Below are positions 1-10,231 of a DNA stretch of 64,000 bases, piece by piece. The stretch comes from an uncultured Alphaproteobacteria bacterium (GTDB taxonomy: Bacteria > Pseudomonadota > Alphaproteobacteria > HIMB59 > GCA-002718135), in assembly GCA_902585605.1 (NCBI GenBank), contig CACIED010000001.1:469573-533572 (forward strand), given 5' to 3'. How positions within the stretch are numbered: position 1 is the first letter of the stretch; each line of letters opens with the position of its first letter. The notes below the pieces were generated by a model that was given only the letters and a program-made list of their open reading frames with translations, made no database searches and was not told the DNA's origin. The position numbers were made by a program, and so were the translations under genes.

Positions 1-249
1 CAATTTTTATGTTATAAAAATAAAGATGACATAATGGAATACAATAAAATTGAAAATAATAAATACTCAATTCCTAAACATATCGAGTTAATTCTTTTTA
101 ATAAGACTGAAATTAATGAAAATAATAAATTAGAGCAAATTCAGTTTTCTTTTTTTGATGAATTTTACAAAAATTATAATAATCTAATTTTTAAAAAAAA
201 TATTATTATTAAACCAATTTATATATCAAATAATCAATTGTTAAATTGA
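1..249 (+). CDS. 3' end of a CDS running off the left edge (possibly tsaB/yeaZ, judged only from its position upstream of rimI)
   Basis: Frame 1 is open from nt 1 to TGA at 247-249. The stop overlaps the TTG start of the next gene. The visible residues carry no recognisable motif, so the functional guess rests only on the common tsaB-rimI adjacency. Confidence 0.35.
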   Translation, partial: QFLCYKNKDDIMEYNKIENNKYSIPKHIELILFNKTEINENNKLEQIQFSFFDEFYKNYNNLIFKKNIIIKPIYISNNQLLN

Positions 250-725
250 ACAGAATTAGTCAAATAAATAAAGAGGAGCTATCTTCAATCATTAAGTTTA
301 TTGATGATAATAGTGATGAATATAGTTATTTTAAAAAGATAGGCTGGAATCTAAAAAATATTGAAAGTCAATTTAACAAAGTTAATAATTATTCTCTTGG
401 ATATTTTAAGGCTAATAACCTAGTAGGACTTTTAATTGGAGATGCAATTAAAAGTGATAAAGATTGTGACTTAGAGTTACATATTTTATTAGTATCAAAA
501 GACCAACGAAGAAAACAAATTGCGACAAAATTATTAAATTATGTTGAAACAAATATAATTAAATTTTCACAGATTTTCATTGAAGTTGCTGAAGATAATT
601 TAGATGCAATAAGTTTTTATAAAAAAAACAACTTTGTTTTTTTAAATTTTAGACATAATTATTATAGATATAATGATAGAAAAGTTCATGCTAAATGCTT
701 TATAAAAAAAATAAATCATGAGTGA
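246..725 (+). CDS. rimI: GNAT-family ribosomal-protein-alanine N-acetyltransferase (RimI-like)
   Basis: 159 aa, GNAT size, with an acetyl-CoA-loop-like segment VSKDQRRKQIATKLL. It sits directly upstream of miaB as in other Alphaproteobacteria. TTG start overlaps the upstream stop. Confidence 0.7.
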   Translation: MNRISQINKEELSSIIKFIDDNSDEYSYFKKIGWNLKNIESQFNKVNNYSLGYFKANNLVGLLIGDAIKSDKDCDLELHILLVSKDQRRKQIATKLLNYVETNIIKFSQIFIEVAEDNLDAISFYKKNNFVFLNFRHNYYRYNDRKVHAKCFIKKINHE

Positions 726-2019
726 TAAATACATTTATATAAAATCATACGGCTGTCAGATGAATGTATATGACAGTAACCGTATAAAAGATTTGTTTTC
801 AAATAAAGGATATAAAGTAACTGATGATATTTCAAAGGCAGATTTAACTGTTTTGAACACTTGTCATATTAGAGAAAAGGCAGTTGAAAAAGTTTACTCT
901 GATATTGGTAGAGTTAAAAAAATTAAAGATAAAAAACAGAACATGAAACTAGTAGTTGCTGGTTGTGTAGCTCAAGCTGAGGGTCTTGAAATAAAAAAAA
1001 GATCACCGTCAGTTGATTATGTTGTAGGACCACAATCTTATCACAAATTACCTGATATGATCGATAGAGTTGACGAATTAGAAAATAGTGAATTTTTACA
1101 AAATGAAAAATTTAAAAATTTAATTTTTAATTCTTCAAATTTATCATCTGAATTTTTATCTATTCAAGAAGGATGTGATAAATTCTGTTCTTTCTGTGTA
1201 GTGCCATACACTAGGGGGCCCGAATTTTCTAGACCAGTTAATGATATTGTAGCAGAGACAAAAAAATATGTTTCAAACGGAATTAAAGAAATAATTTTAC
1301 TAGGTCAAAATGTTAATGCCTATCATGGCATTGCTTCTGATGGAAAATCAAAAGATCTAGCTTATTTGATTAACAAGATAGGAGAAATTGAAGAAATTAA
1401 GAGGATTAGATATATGACATCTCATCCTATAGATATGAAAGATTCACTAATTAATGCTCATGCTGACAATACTAAACTAATGCCTTTTCTTCATCTACCT
1501 ATTCAATCTGGCTCAGATAAAATTTTAAAAAAAATGAATAGAAAACATACAGTCGATGATTATTTAAAAATTGTAGAAAAAATAAGAAATGTTCGTCCTG
1601 ATATTGCTCTTTCATCAGATTTTATCGTTGGCTTTCCAGAAGAAACAGATAAAGATTTTGAAGACACAATGAATTTTATTGAAAAGGTTAATTTTGTTAT
1701 TGCTTATTCATTTATTTATAGTCCAAGACCAGGAACGCCTGCTCAAAATAAAGATAATATTAGTATATTAAATAAAAAAGCACGTTTAAGTGCATTGCAA
1801 TCTTTGCTTACGCAACAACAAATAAATTTTAATAAATCATTTATTAATAAAGGTATGGAAGTATTATTTGAAAAAATTGGAAGACACAAAGACCAATTTA
1901 TAGGTCGTACAATTTATAATCAAAGTACGTTTGTTAATTCTAAAGAAGATTTATTAAATCAAATTATGAATGTTAAAATTATAAACTCAACTAATTTTGC
2001 TCTTGAATGTCAGATATAG
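718..2019 (+). CDS. miaB: tRNA-i6A37 methylthiotransferase MiaB
   Basis: N-terminal YIKSYGCQMNVYDS, radical-SAM CxxxCxxC (CDKFCSFCVVPYTRG) and a C-terminal TRAM-like region. 433 aa. Confidence 0.95.
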   Translation: MSDKYIYIKSYGCQMNVYDSNRIKDLFSNKGYKVTDDISKADLTVLNTCHIREKAVEKVYSDIGRVKKIKDKKQNMKLVVAGCVAQAEGLEIKKRSPSVDYVVGPQSYHKLPDMIDRVDELENSEFLQNEKFKNLIFNSSNLSSEFLSIQEGCDKFCSFCVVPYTRGPEFSRPVNDIVAETKKYVSNGIKEIILLGQNVNAYHGIASDGKSKDLAYLINKIGEIEEIKRIRYMTSHPIDMKDSLINAHADNTKLMPFLHLPIQSGSDKILKKMNRKHTVDDYLKIVEKIRNVRPDIALSSDFIVGFPEETDKDFEDTMNFIEKVNFVIAYSFIYSPRPGTPAQNKDNISILNKKARLSALQSLLTQQQINFNKSFINKGMEVLFEKIGRHKDQFIGRTIYNQSTFVNSKEDLLNQIMNVKIINSTNFALECQI

Positions 2020-2966
2020 TAAATAAGAACGAAAATCTGGAGTTGGAATTGGATGATAATACAATTCTAAGTAACTTATTTGGAGTTAATGATAGAAATT
2101 TATCTCTTATAGAGCAAATTAATCAAGTTAAAATTCAATATCGTGGAAATAAAATTAAAATTTCAGGTAATAAAAAATCAATTTTTGAAACTAAGAAAAC
2201 TATTCTTAATTTATTTAAAGAAGCACAAAATGGAGCTGAAATAGATGAGGATAGAATTAGAGATAATAAAAGCTTAATATCTATGAATATTAAAACAGAT
2301 AAGCAGATGGATTTATTTATTCAAACAAAAAAAAGAAAAATTATACCAAGAACTGAAATACAAAATAAATATCTTCAACTACTAAACACAAAAAATATTA
2401 CATTTGCTATTGGTCCGGCTGGAACTGGAAAAACTTATCTAGCTGTAGCGAAAGCAGTTTCAGCCCTTCAAGATGGAAAGGTAAATAAAATTATTCTATC
2501 AAGACCAGCTGTTGAAGCTGGTGAAAAGTTAGGTTTTCTACCAGGGGATTTAAAAGAAAAAGTAGATCCTTTTTTGAGACCCATTTATGATGCACTATAT
2601 TCAATGCTTCCCTATGAACAGGTAGAAAAAAAGTTACTTAATAACACAATTGAAATAGCACCTATCGCATTTATGAGAGGAAGAACACTTGAAGATTGTT
2701 TTATAATTTTAGATGAAGCTCAAAATACAACAAAAACACAAATGAAAATGTTTTTAACAAGACTAGGTAAAAATAGTCAAATGGTAGTTGTAGGAGACAT
2801 CACACAGATCGATCTTGTAAGTGAAAAAGATTCAGGGCTTAAAGATGCATTAAAAAAATTAAACAAAGTTAACGATATAGGTTTCATTGAATTATCAGAA
2901 AAGGATGTCGTGCGACATGATTTAGTCAAAAAAATTATTAATGCATATGAAAAACATAAAAGTTGA
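2007..2966 (+). CDS. ybeZ: PhoH-like ATPase (YbeZ)
   Basis: Walker A GPAGTGKTYLAV, DEAQN box, and miaB-phoH-ybeY-corC synteny. Confidence 0.9.
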   Translation: MSDIVNKNENLELELDDNTILSNLFGVNDRNLSLIEQINQVKIQYRGNKIKISGNKKSIFETKKTILNLFKEAQNGAEIDEDRIRDNKSLISMNIKTDKQMDLFIQTKKRKIIPRTEIQNKYLQLLNTKNITFAIGPAGTGKTYLAVAKAVSALQDGKVNKIILSRPAVEAGEKLGFLPGDLKEKVDPFLRPIYDALYSMLPYEQVEKKLLNNTIEIAPIAFMRGRTLEDCFIILDEAQNTTKTQMKMFLTRLGKNSQMVVVGDITQIDLVSEKDSGLKDALKKLNKVNDIGFIELSEKDVVRHDLVKKIINAYEKHKS

Positions 2967-3420
2967 TTTTTTTTCTGAATCAAAAAAATGGCCAAGGCGA
3001 ATACCTAAAATTAAGACTATTACTAAAAAGACTATAAATAAAATGAGCTCTTATTTTAAAAGAGATCATAAATTTGAACTAAATATAATTTTAACAGATA
3101 AATCAAAAATGATTAAACTTAATAAAACCTATAAAAATAAACAAACAGATACTGATGTTCTTACTTTTATTACAAAGAACTCAAATAAAAATATTGGAAA
3201 AATTTTATATTGTGATATTTTTTTCTCAATTGATACTATTGAAAAATATATACGTAGGAATAAAATTAACATATATGATCATTTTAGCCATTTACTAATC
3301 CATAGTTTACTACATATTAACGGATATAATCATAAAAAAAATTTAGAATTTAAAAAAATGAAAAGAGAGGAGATAAAAATTTTGGGATTATTTGGAATTA
3401 AAGATCCTTACACAATTTAA
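2941..3420 (+). CDS. ybeY: rRNA maturation endoribonuclease YbeY
   Basis: Zinc motif HxxxHxxGxxH present as HSLLHINGYNH. 159 aa, in the conserved position. Confidence 0.9.
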   Translation: MHMKNIKVDFFSESKKWPRRIPKIKTITKKTINKMSSYFKRDHKFELNIILTDKSKMIKLNKTYKNKQTDTDVLTFITKNSNKNIGKILYCDIFFSIDTIEKYIRRNKINIYDHFSHLLIHSLLHINGYNHKKNLEFKKMKREEIKILGLFGIKDPYTI

Positions 3421-4268
3421 TGAATATAAATAACGCTGATAAATCATCGAGCTGGAAAAATTGGATAATTAAAAAATTATTATCCAATGATTCAACAAAA
3501 GAAGATATTTTAAATTTTATAGCTAATGATGATGATAATAAAAATATTGAAGATCTAAATGATAATAATGAGAAAAATCTAATTAAAAATATCGTAAATT
3601 TGAATGAAAAAAGTGTAGAAGATTTAATGATACCTAGAAGTGAAATAGTAGCCTTAGAACATGATAAATCGTACAACGAAATTTTAGAAGTTATTAAGGA
3701 AGAGGGACATTCTAGAATTCCAGTATTCAAAAAAAATATTGATAATGTAATTGGTTTTTTTCACATAAAAGATTTTATTAAATCTTCACATGATACATTT
3801 CAGATGAGTGAAATAATAAGAGATGTATTATATGTTGCTCCAAAATCTCCGATTTTAGATTTACTTAAAACCATGAGATCATCTAGGATACATATAGGGC
3901 TAGTCGTTGATGGGGTTGGAGGTGTTGATGGATTGGTAACGATAGAAGACTTAGTTGAAGAAATTGTTGGTGAAATTGAAGATGAACACGACGCAGAAGA
4001 TGATGAAGAATTAGTCTATAAAAAATCAGATAATTCAATAACTGTAGATGCTAGTTATAGAGTGGAAGATTTGGAAGAATTTTTTTCAATTAACATTCCA
4101 AGAAATGAAGATGATGAAACTTCTTCTGTAGGTGGTCTTGTATATGAAAAAATAAATAGGATACCAAAAAATAATGAAGTAATTGATTTTAATGATGAAC
4201 TTAGGATCAAAATCGTTAAATCAAACAATAGAAAAATTGAAATTGTTGAAGTAAATAAAAATAATTGA
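3420..4268 (+). CDS. corC: CBS-pair / CorC_HlyC domain protein (CorC/YbeX, TlyC-like)
   Basis: Typical CBS region (LMIPRSEIVALEH ... GHSRIPVF ... GLVTIEDLVEEIVGEIEDE) and a C-terminal transporter-associated domain. No N-terminal TM domain. TAATG overlap with ybeY. Confidence 0.85.
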   Translation: MNINNADKSSSWKNWIIKKLLSNDSTKEDILNFIANDDDNKNIEDLNDNNEKNLIKNIVNLNEKSVEDLMIPRSEIVALEHDKSYNEILEVIKEEGHSRIPVFKKNIDNVIGFFHIKDFIKSSHDTFQMSEIIRDVLYVAPKSPILDLLKTMRSSRIHIGLVVDGVGGVDGLVTIEDLVEEIVGEIEDEHDAEDDEELVYKKSDNSITVDASYRVEDLEEFFSINIPRNEDDETSSVGGLVYEKINRIPKNNEVIDFNDELRIKIVKSNNRKIEIVEVNKNN

Positions 4269-5719
4269 GTATTTTAATTTATTTTATCTTAGGACTTTTA
4301 ACCTCACTTTTATTTCCTCCATATTTTTTTTTACCACTAGGTTTTATCATTTTTCCATTCCTTTGTTTTTTATTAGAATCAAATAAAGAAAATTCTAGTG
4401 ATAAAAATATTTTTAATAAATTTTCAATATTTGGGTTTGGTTTTTTTATTAGTTATTTATTTTGGATTAAAAACCCTTTTTTTGTTTTTGAAGAAACTAG
4501 AAATTTTTTTCTGGTTTTTTTATTACTGATAATATTCTTATCTGTAATTTTAGGTTTAATCTTTACAATAATTTTTAAATTAGGAAAAAAAATTCCAATA
4601 ATCATTCTTATCCCACTAATGTTCACATCTACTGAATATATAATATCAATATTTTTTTATGGATTTCCTTGGTTTACATTTTCGTTATTACTTTCTAGTA
4701 ATGAATATTTACTATTTTCACTAAAATTATTTGGAACGTTATTTTCAAGTTATTTAATTATTCAGATATTTTGCATACCTTTTATTTTTTTAACAAAAGA
4801 AAACTTTAAACAAGAATTGAAATATCTGTCATTATTTATTGCTTTGCCAATTATTACTTTAATTATTACAAATTTTAACAAAGAAGGAAATAATTTTAAA
4901 ATTAAAACAATTAATTTGGAAATTTTCCAATTAAATTTTAAAAATAATGACAAATTTTTAACTCCTGAGAAAAAACTTCAAAGAATAATCAAACATATAG
5001 ATGAAAGTAATGCAGATTTGCTTATCTTTGGTGAAAATAATTTTCCTTATCTTTTAGATGATCTTGAACTAAAAATTATAAAAGACACTTTAAAAGAAAA
5101 TCAAACATTAATTATTGGAGCTACAAGATATGAAAATAATAAATATTACAATAGCTTAATAAATATTAATTTAGCAAATGTAACTTACTTTGATAAAAAA
5201 ATACTTGTTCCCTTTGGAGAGTTTCTACCATTAAGAGATTCATTAACTTTTTTAGAAAGTATCGTTGGTCAAAATGATTATTCAAAAGGTAAAGTTGAAA
5301 GAATAATTAATCTATCTGATAATATAAGTTTTATTCCCGTGATTTGTTATGAAATTGTTTTTTATTGGAAGCTTTTAAATAAATTTAATAACAAAGGTAA
5401 TTTTATTGTAAATATTACGAATGATTTTTGGTTTGGTGATTATCTCGGTCCTTATCAACATTTCTATCTAACTAAAATCAGAGCTGCAGAGTTTAATAAG
5501 CCAATTATTCGCGTTTCCAATAATGGAATATCTGCAGTGATAGATAATAATGGTGCTGTGCTAAATAAAACTGAATTCAACAAAGCTGAGAAATTTAAAC
5601 ACAAGTTATTTTTCAAAGAAAATAATAATTTTGTCAATTTTCATTCAATATTTAAAATTTATCTCTTTATCATTTTTACATTAACTACTTTCTATTATTT
5701 AAGAAAAAATGATAAGTAA
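4265..5719 (+). CDS. lnt: apolipoprotein N-acyltransferase
   Basis: Multi-TM N-terminal half followed by a CN-hydrolase domain with candidate E/K/C triad segments (FGENNFP ... KKILVPFGE ... ICYEIVF). Sits in the ybeY-corC-lnt block. Confidence 0.85.
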   Translation: MSILIYFILGLLTSLLFPPYFFLPLGFIIFPFLCFLLESNKENSSDKNIFNKFSIFGFGFFISYLFWIKNPFFVFEETRNFFLVFLLLIIFLSVILGLIFTIIFKLGKKIPIIILIPLMFTSTEYIISIFFYGFPWFTFSLLLSSNEYLLFSLKLFGTLFSSYLIIQIFCIPFIFLTKENFKQELKYLSLFIALPIITLIITNFNKEGNNFKIKTINLEIFQLNFKNNDKFLTPEKKLQRIIKHIDESNADLLIFGENNFPYLLDDLELKIIKDTLKENQTLIIGATRYENNKYYNSLININLANVTYFDKKILVPFGEFLPLRDSLTFLESIVGQNDYSKGKVERIINLSDNISFIPVICYEIVFYWKLLNKFNNKGNFIVNITNDFWFGDYLGPYQHFYLTKIRAAEFNKPIIRVSNNGISAVIDNNGAVLNKTEFNKAEKFKHKLFFKENNNFVNFHSIFKIYLFIIFTLTTFYYLRKNDK

Positions 5720-6365
5720 TAATTATAGTAATCGCTTATTTGGGAGAACAAGAGGAAGAAGCAAGAAAAAAATTGATTTAAAAAAATATCATCAAAAAGT
5801 TGACAAATACAAATTTCATAATTGCGATAAAAAAATAAATTATATTTTAGATATTGGCACCGGATATGGTGAAACTAGTATATTTCTTGCAAATCAATTT
5901 TTAGATAAAGTAATTATATCTTGCGAAAAATACATTGATGGAAATATAATTTTACTTAAAAATATTGAAAAGAATAAAATAAAAAATATTCTACTACATA
6001 ATGGAAATGTATACGATGTTTTAGAAAGTATACATAGAGAATGTTTTGACCTTGTATGGATATTTTTTCCTGATCCATGGCCAAAAAATAGACACGCAAA
6101 GCGTAGATTGATAACTACTGATTTTTTGATAAAACTTTATAAAGTGTTAAAAGATAAAAGCGAGATACATATAGCTACAGATTCAGCAATTTATGTAAGA
6201 TTTATTTTAAACTCAATTTATAATTGTAAGGACTATTTTGTCTGGCTGAACCAATCTCAAATGAATTTGCATATAAAAGATTATTTCGATATTGAGACAA
6301 AATATTATAAAAAAGCAATTAATTCTCAAAGAAAACCATCTTTATTCATTTTAAGAAAATTATAA
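5709..6365 (+). CDS. trmB: tRNA (guanine46-N7)-methyltransferase
   Basis: Signature FFPDPWPKNRHAKRR and SAM-binding LDIGTGYGE. Confidence 0.9.
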   Translation: MISNNYSNRLFGRTRGRSKKKIDLKKYHQKVDKYKFHNCDKKINYILDIGTGYGETSIFLANQFLDKVIISCEKYIDGNIILLKNIEKNKIKNILLHNGNVYDVLESIHRECFDLVWIFFPDPWPKNRHAKRRLITTDFLIKLYKVLKDKSEIHIATDSAIYVRFILNSIYNCKDYFVWLNQSQMNLHIKDYFDIETKYYKKAINSQRKPSLFILRKL

Positions 6366-6405
6366 GCTTGAAATTCTTTAAAATATTTATATACGCAGTA
6401 ATATT

Positions 6406-6431
6406 AAGGTGGGTTATCCCACCTTTTTTTT
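6406..6431 (+). terminator. Rho-independent terminator / attenuator hairpin immediately upstream of nusA
   Basis: aaGGTGGG-ttat-CCCACCtt followed by a T8 run ending at 6431. Stem is 6408-6413 / 6418-6423. The nusA ATG is at 6438. Confidence 0.7.
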
Positions 6432-6437
6432 ATAACT

Positions 6438-7976
6438 ATGGCTAAAAAAAAATATAATGTAATTAGAGAAGAGATGCTTCAAGTTGCATCTAATGTAGCG
6501 CAAGAAAAGAATATTGATCAAGACTCAGTTTTTTCCGCAATGGAACAAGCATTAGAAAAAGCTGCAAGAGTAAAATATGGTCAAGAGATTGATATAAGAA
6601 TATCTATTGATAGAAGCACAGGCGATATTAAACTTAATTCTTATTTGGAAGTTGTGGAAAATATTGAAGAAGAGTTTCAATCTAGACAAATTCTTTTAGA
6701 AGATGCAAAAAAAACTAATCCAAATATAGGTTTAGGAGAGTTCATTATTAAAGAACTACCACCTATTGAATTAGGCAGAGTTGCAGCACAAAATGCAAAA
6801 GGTGTTATTATTCAAAAAGTAAGAGAAGCTGATAAGTCTAACCAATATCAAGAATATAAAGATAAAGTTGGAGAGATAGCAGTTGGAATTGTTAAAAGAA
6901 CAGAGTTTGGAAATCTAATTTTGGATTTAGGCAAAAGCGAAGCAATAATAAAAAGAGAAGAATTAATCCCAAGAGAGGCTTTTAAAAACGGCGATAGAGT
7001 AAGGGCATATATTTATGAGGTTAAAGATGATGTTAAAGGATATCAGGTTTTTCTATCAAGAACTCATCCTCAATTTTTGTCTAAACTGTTTTATCAAGAA
7101 GTACCTGAAATATATGAAGGTGTTATTGTTGTTAAAAGTGTTGCAAGAGATCCAGGCTCAAGAGCCAAAATTAGTGTTTTTACTGAAGACTCTACTATAG
7201 ATCCAGTAGGAGCATGTGTTGGCATGAGGGGCTCAAGGGTTCAAGCTGTTGTAAATGAATTGCAAGGTGAAAAGATAGATATTGTTACTTGGTCAGATAA
7301 TCAAGCTACTTTCTTAGCAAATGCACTTGCTCCTGCTGAAGTAAGTAAAATTTTTTTATATGAAGAAAAAAATAAAGTTGAGGTCGTAATACCTGATGAC
7401 CAATTAAGTTTAGCAATTGGTAGAAAAGGTCAAAACGTTAAATTAGCCTCAAATTTAACTAGTTTAGAAATTGACATATTAACAGAAGATGAAGAGTCTG
7501 AAAGAAGACAACAAGAATTTAAAGAAAAAAGTGTTTTATTAGCTGAAACTCTTGATGTTGAAGATGTTATCGCTCAGCTACTTGTTACTGATGGCTATAC
7601 AAGTGTTGAATCTATAGCTTTGGAAACTTTGGAAAATTTAGAAAAAATAGAAGGATTTGATTCTACATTGGCACAAGAAATAATTGATAGATCTAAAAGT
7701 TTTTTAAAAGAAAAAGAAGACTCTGACAAAAAACTCATAGAAGAAAATATTAATGATGACAAATTAAAAAGTTTAAAAGGTATGAATAATAGCATTTTAG
7801 CAGAACTTGCAAAATCAAACATACTTAATGTTAATGATTTTGCTGATTTAGCAACTTTCGAACTTATAGACAAAGAAGAAGGTATTTTAAAAGATCTAGA
7901 TCTTGATGAGGAAGTAGCCAATAATATGATAATGGAAGCAAGAAGTTTCTGGTCTGAAGAACAAAATGAGGATTAA
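6438..7976 (+). CDS. nusA: transcription termination/antitermination factor NusA
   Basis: S1 plus tandem KH domains (GACVGMRGSRVQAVVNELQGEKIDIV; LAIGRKGQNVKLAS) and an acidic C-terminal repeat region. nusA-infB synteny. Confidence 0.97.
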   Translation: MAKKKYNVIREEMLQVASNVAQEKNIDQDSVFSAMEQALEKAARVKYGQEIDIRISIDRSTGDIKLNSYLEVVENIEEEFQSRQILLEDAKKTNPNIGLGEFIIKELPPIELGRVAAQNAKGVIIQKVREADKSNQYQEYKDKVGEIAVGIVKRTEFGNLILDLGKSEAIIKREELIPREAFKNGDRVRAYIYEVKDDVKGYQVFLSRTHPQFLSKLFYQEVPEIYEGVIVVKSVARDPGSRAKISVFTEDSTIDPVGACVGMRGSRVQAVVNELQGEKIDIVTWSDNQATFLANALAPAEVSKIFLYEEKNKVEVVIPDDQLSLAIGRKGQNVKLASNLTSLEIDILTEDEESERRQQEFKEKSVLLAETLDVEDVIAQLLVTDGYTSVESIALETLENLEKIEGFDSTLAQEIIDRSKSFLKEKEDSDKKLIEENINDDKLKSLKGMNNSILAELAKSNILNVNDFADLATFELIDKEEGILKDLDLDEEVANNMIMEARSFWSEEQNED

Positions 7977-7978
7977 AA

Positions 7979-10219
7979 TTGGATAAAGATAAAGGTAACA
8001 AGAAAAAGCCGTTAAAACTATCATCTTCAGGGAGATTACAAATAAGAAAAAATCTTGGTCCAGCCGGCGATAAAGTCAGAAACAGTGGTAATAAGAAAAC
8101 TATACAAATTGTTTTTAAAAATAAAAATAATCAACAAAAAAGCTCATCAACAACTCAATCAAATTTTAGAGGATCTTCTAGCCTAAGAACACCCAGACCA
8201 GGAATAAATTCTTCACCACAACCAAACTTTTCTTCACCTAACAAAACCAGAAATTTTGAAAATAAAAATAAAAAAAATGTAGATAAAAAAACCCAGCAAA
8301 AAAAATCAACTCTTAGACCACTTGAAGATGATTTTAGTAAATTGGATGCAAAAAAAATATTAGAACAAGAAGAGCAAGAGTTTGATAAATTTCCAAGTTT
8401 AGCAAAAATAAAAAGAGCGCGAGAAAAAGAAAAACTTAAATCAGCAAACGATGATGAAGAAAGCAAAATTTCTAGAGAGATATCTATTCCTGATTTTATT
8501 ACTGTGCAAGATTTAGCAAATAGAATGGCAGAAAAAACTGCAGATGTAGTAAAAGTTCTAATGAAAATGGGCGTTATGGCAAATGCTACGCAATCTTTAG
8601 AGTCCGATACAGCTCAATTAGTTGCAGAAGAGCTTGGTCATAAAGTTACTGTTGTTAAAGATGATGATGTATTAAATGATATTAAAGATTTTGAAGATCA
8701 TGAGGATAGTCTTATTAAAAGAGCTCCTGTTGTTACAATCATGGGACATGTTGATCATGGTAAAACATCTTTATTGGATGCTTTTAGACAAAGTAACGTA
8801 GTATCTGGAGAAGCTGGTGGTATTACACAACATATTGGAGCTTATCAAATTAATAACAAAAATAAAAAAATTACATTTATTGATACTCCAGGTCATGCGG
8901 CTTTCTCAAATATGAGAGCTAGAGGATCTAAAACAACTGATATAGTTATACTTGTTGTGGCTGCTGATGATGGAATCAAACCTCAGACTATCGAATCAAT
9001 TGCCCATGCAAAATCTGCTGAAGTCCCAATAATAGTTGCTATTAACAAAATTGATCTTCCAGGAGCTGATCCTGACAAAGTTAGGAATGAATTACTTAGT
9101 CACGAAGTAATTGTTGAAAAACTTAGCGGTGAAGTTTTAGATATTGAAGTGTCAGCAACTAAAGGAACAAATTTAGATAAATTAGAAGAGGCGATTCATT
9201 TACAAGCAGACCTTCTTAATCTCAAAGCTAATCCTGATAGAAAAGCTAGAGGATCTGTAATTGAATCTAAACTAGAAAAAGGCAGAGGTTCTGTTGCAAC
9301 TATCCTAGTACAAAAAGGAACATTAAAAGTAAGTGATATTTTTGTATCAGGATCTGAATGGGGGAAGGTTAAAGCTCTAATAGATGACAAAGGTAAAAAT
9401 ATAAAACAAGCTGAACCATCAGTACCAGTTGAAGTCTTGGGATTTGATTCTAATCCATTAGCTGGTGACGACTTTATTGTAGTTGAAAACGAAGGTATTG
9501 CGCGTAAAATTGCAGAATTTAGATCAAGTAAACTACAAATTCAAAAAAATACAGTGGCTAAATCAAATGTTGAAGAGATGTTTGCGCAAATTAATAAAGG
9601 TGAAGCAACAAATCTTCCAGTAGTAATTAAAACTGATGTTCAAGGTTCTGCCGAAGCAATTGAAAATTCAATTACTAAACTTTCAACTGATGAAGTTAAG
9701 GTCAATGTTATTTATAAAGGTGTTGGTGCAATTACTGAGAGTGATGTTACGTTAGCTGGTTCAGGAAAAGGTTTTATTGTTGGTTTTAATGTTAGAGCTC
9801 TACCTCATGCAAGAGATATAGCAAAAAGAGATGGTGTAGATATAAAATATTATTCAATTATTTATGAACTTATTGACGATGTAAAAAATCTTTTAACTGG
9901 TTTGCTAAAACCAGATATTTCAGAAAATATCACAGGTAATGTTGAGATTAGAGAGGTCTTTAATATTTCAAAAGTTGGCAATATTGCAGGTTGTATGGTT
10001 AAAGATGGTTTTATTTCTAGAAAATCACAGATTAGAATTCTAAGAGACAATATTGTAATTCATAAAGGACAAATTAGTAGTTTAAAAAGATTTAAGGAAG
10101 AAGTATCTGAGGTTAAGTCAGGTTTTGAGTGTGGTGTAATGCTAGATAATTATAGCGATATAAAAGTCGGTGATATTATTGAAACATTTGAAGAAGTTTC
10201 TACAAGTAGAAAGTTATAA
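7979..10219 (+). CDS. infB: translation initiation factor IF-2
   Basis: GTPase motifs GHVDHGKTSLLD, DTPGH, NKID. Low-complexity basic N-terminus. TTG start 2 nt after the nusA stop. Confidence 0.97.
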   Translation: MDKDKGNKKKPLKLSSSGRLQIRKNLGPAGDKVRNSGNKKTIQIVFKNKNNQQKSSSTTQSNFRGSSSLRTPRPGINSSPQPNFSSPNKTRNFENKNKKNVDKKTQQKKSTLRPLEDDFSKLDAKKILEQEEQEFDKFPSLAKIKRAREKEKLKSANDDEESKISREISIPDFITVQDLANRMAEKTADVVKVLMKMGVMANATQSLESDTAQLVAEELGHKVTVVKDDDVLNDIKDFEDHEDSLIKRAPVVTIMGHVDHGKTSLLDAFRQSNVVSGEAGGITQHIGAYQINNKNKKITFIDTPGHAAFSNMRARGSKTTDIVILVVAADDGIKPQTIESIAHAKSAEVPIIVAINKIDLPGADPDKVRNELLSHEVIVEKLSGEVLDIEVSATKGTNLDKLEEAIHLQADLLNLKANPDRKARGSVIESKLEKGRGSVATILVQKGTLKVSDIFVSGSEWGKVKALIDDKGKNIKQAEPSVPVEVLGFDSNPLAGDDFIVVENEGIARKIAEFRSSKLQIQKNTVAKSNVEEMFAQINKGEATNLPVVIKTDVQGSAEAIENSITKLSTDEVKVNVIYKGVGAITESDVTLAGSGKGFIVGFNVRALPHARDIAKRDGVDIKYYSIIYELIDDVKNLLTGLLKPDISENITGNVEIREVFNISKVGNIAGCMVKDGFISRKSQIRILRDNIVIHKGQISSLKRFKEEVSEVKSGFECGVMLDNYSDIKVGDIIETFEEVSTSRKL

Positions 10220-10231
10220 TGTTTTTTTACA

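Noticed and set aside
6412-6422. TTATCCCAC within the trmB-nusA spacer, resembling a DnaA box.
   Set aside because: It has an extra C relative to TTATCCACA. It is a single copy and forms the loop and descending stem of the terminator hairpin, which explains it better.
7979-8470. Repetitive K/N/S/Q-rich stretch at the 5' end of infB, which might look like a tandem repeat.
   Set aside because: It is the usual low-complexity, basic N-terminal region of IF-2. No exact nucleotide repeat unit could be traced.
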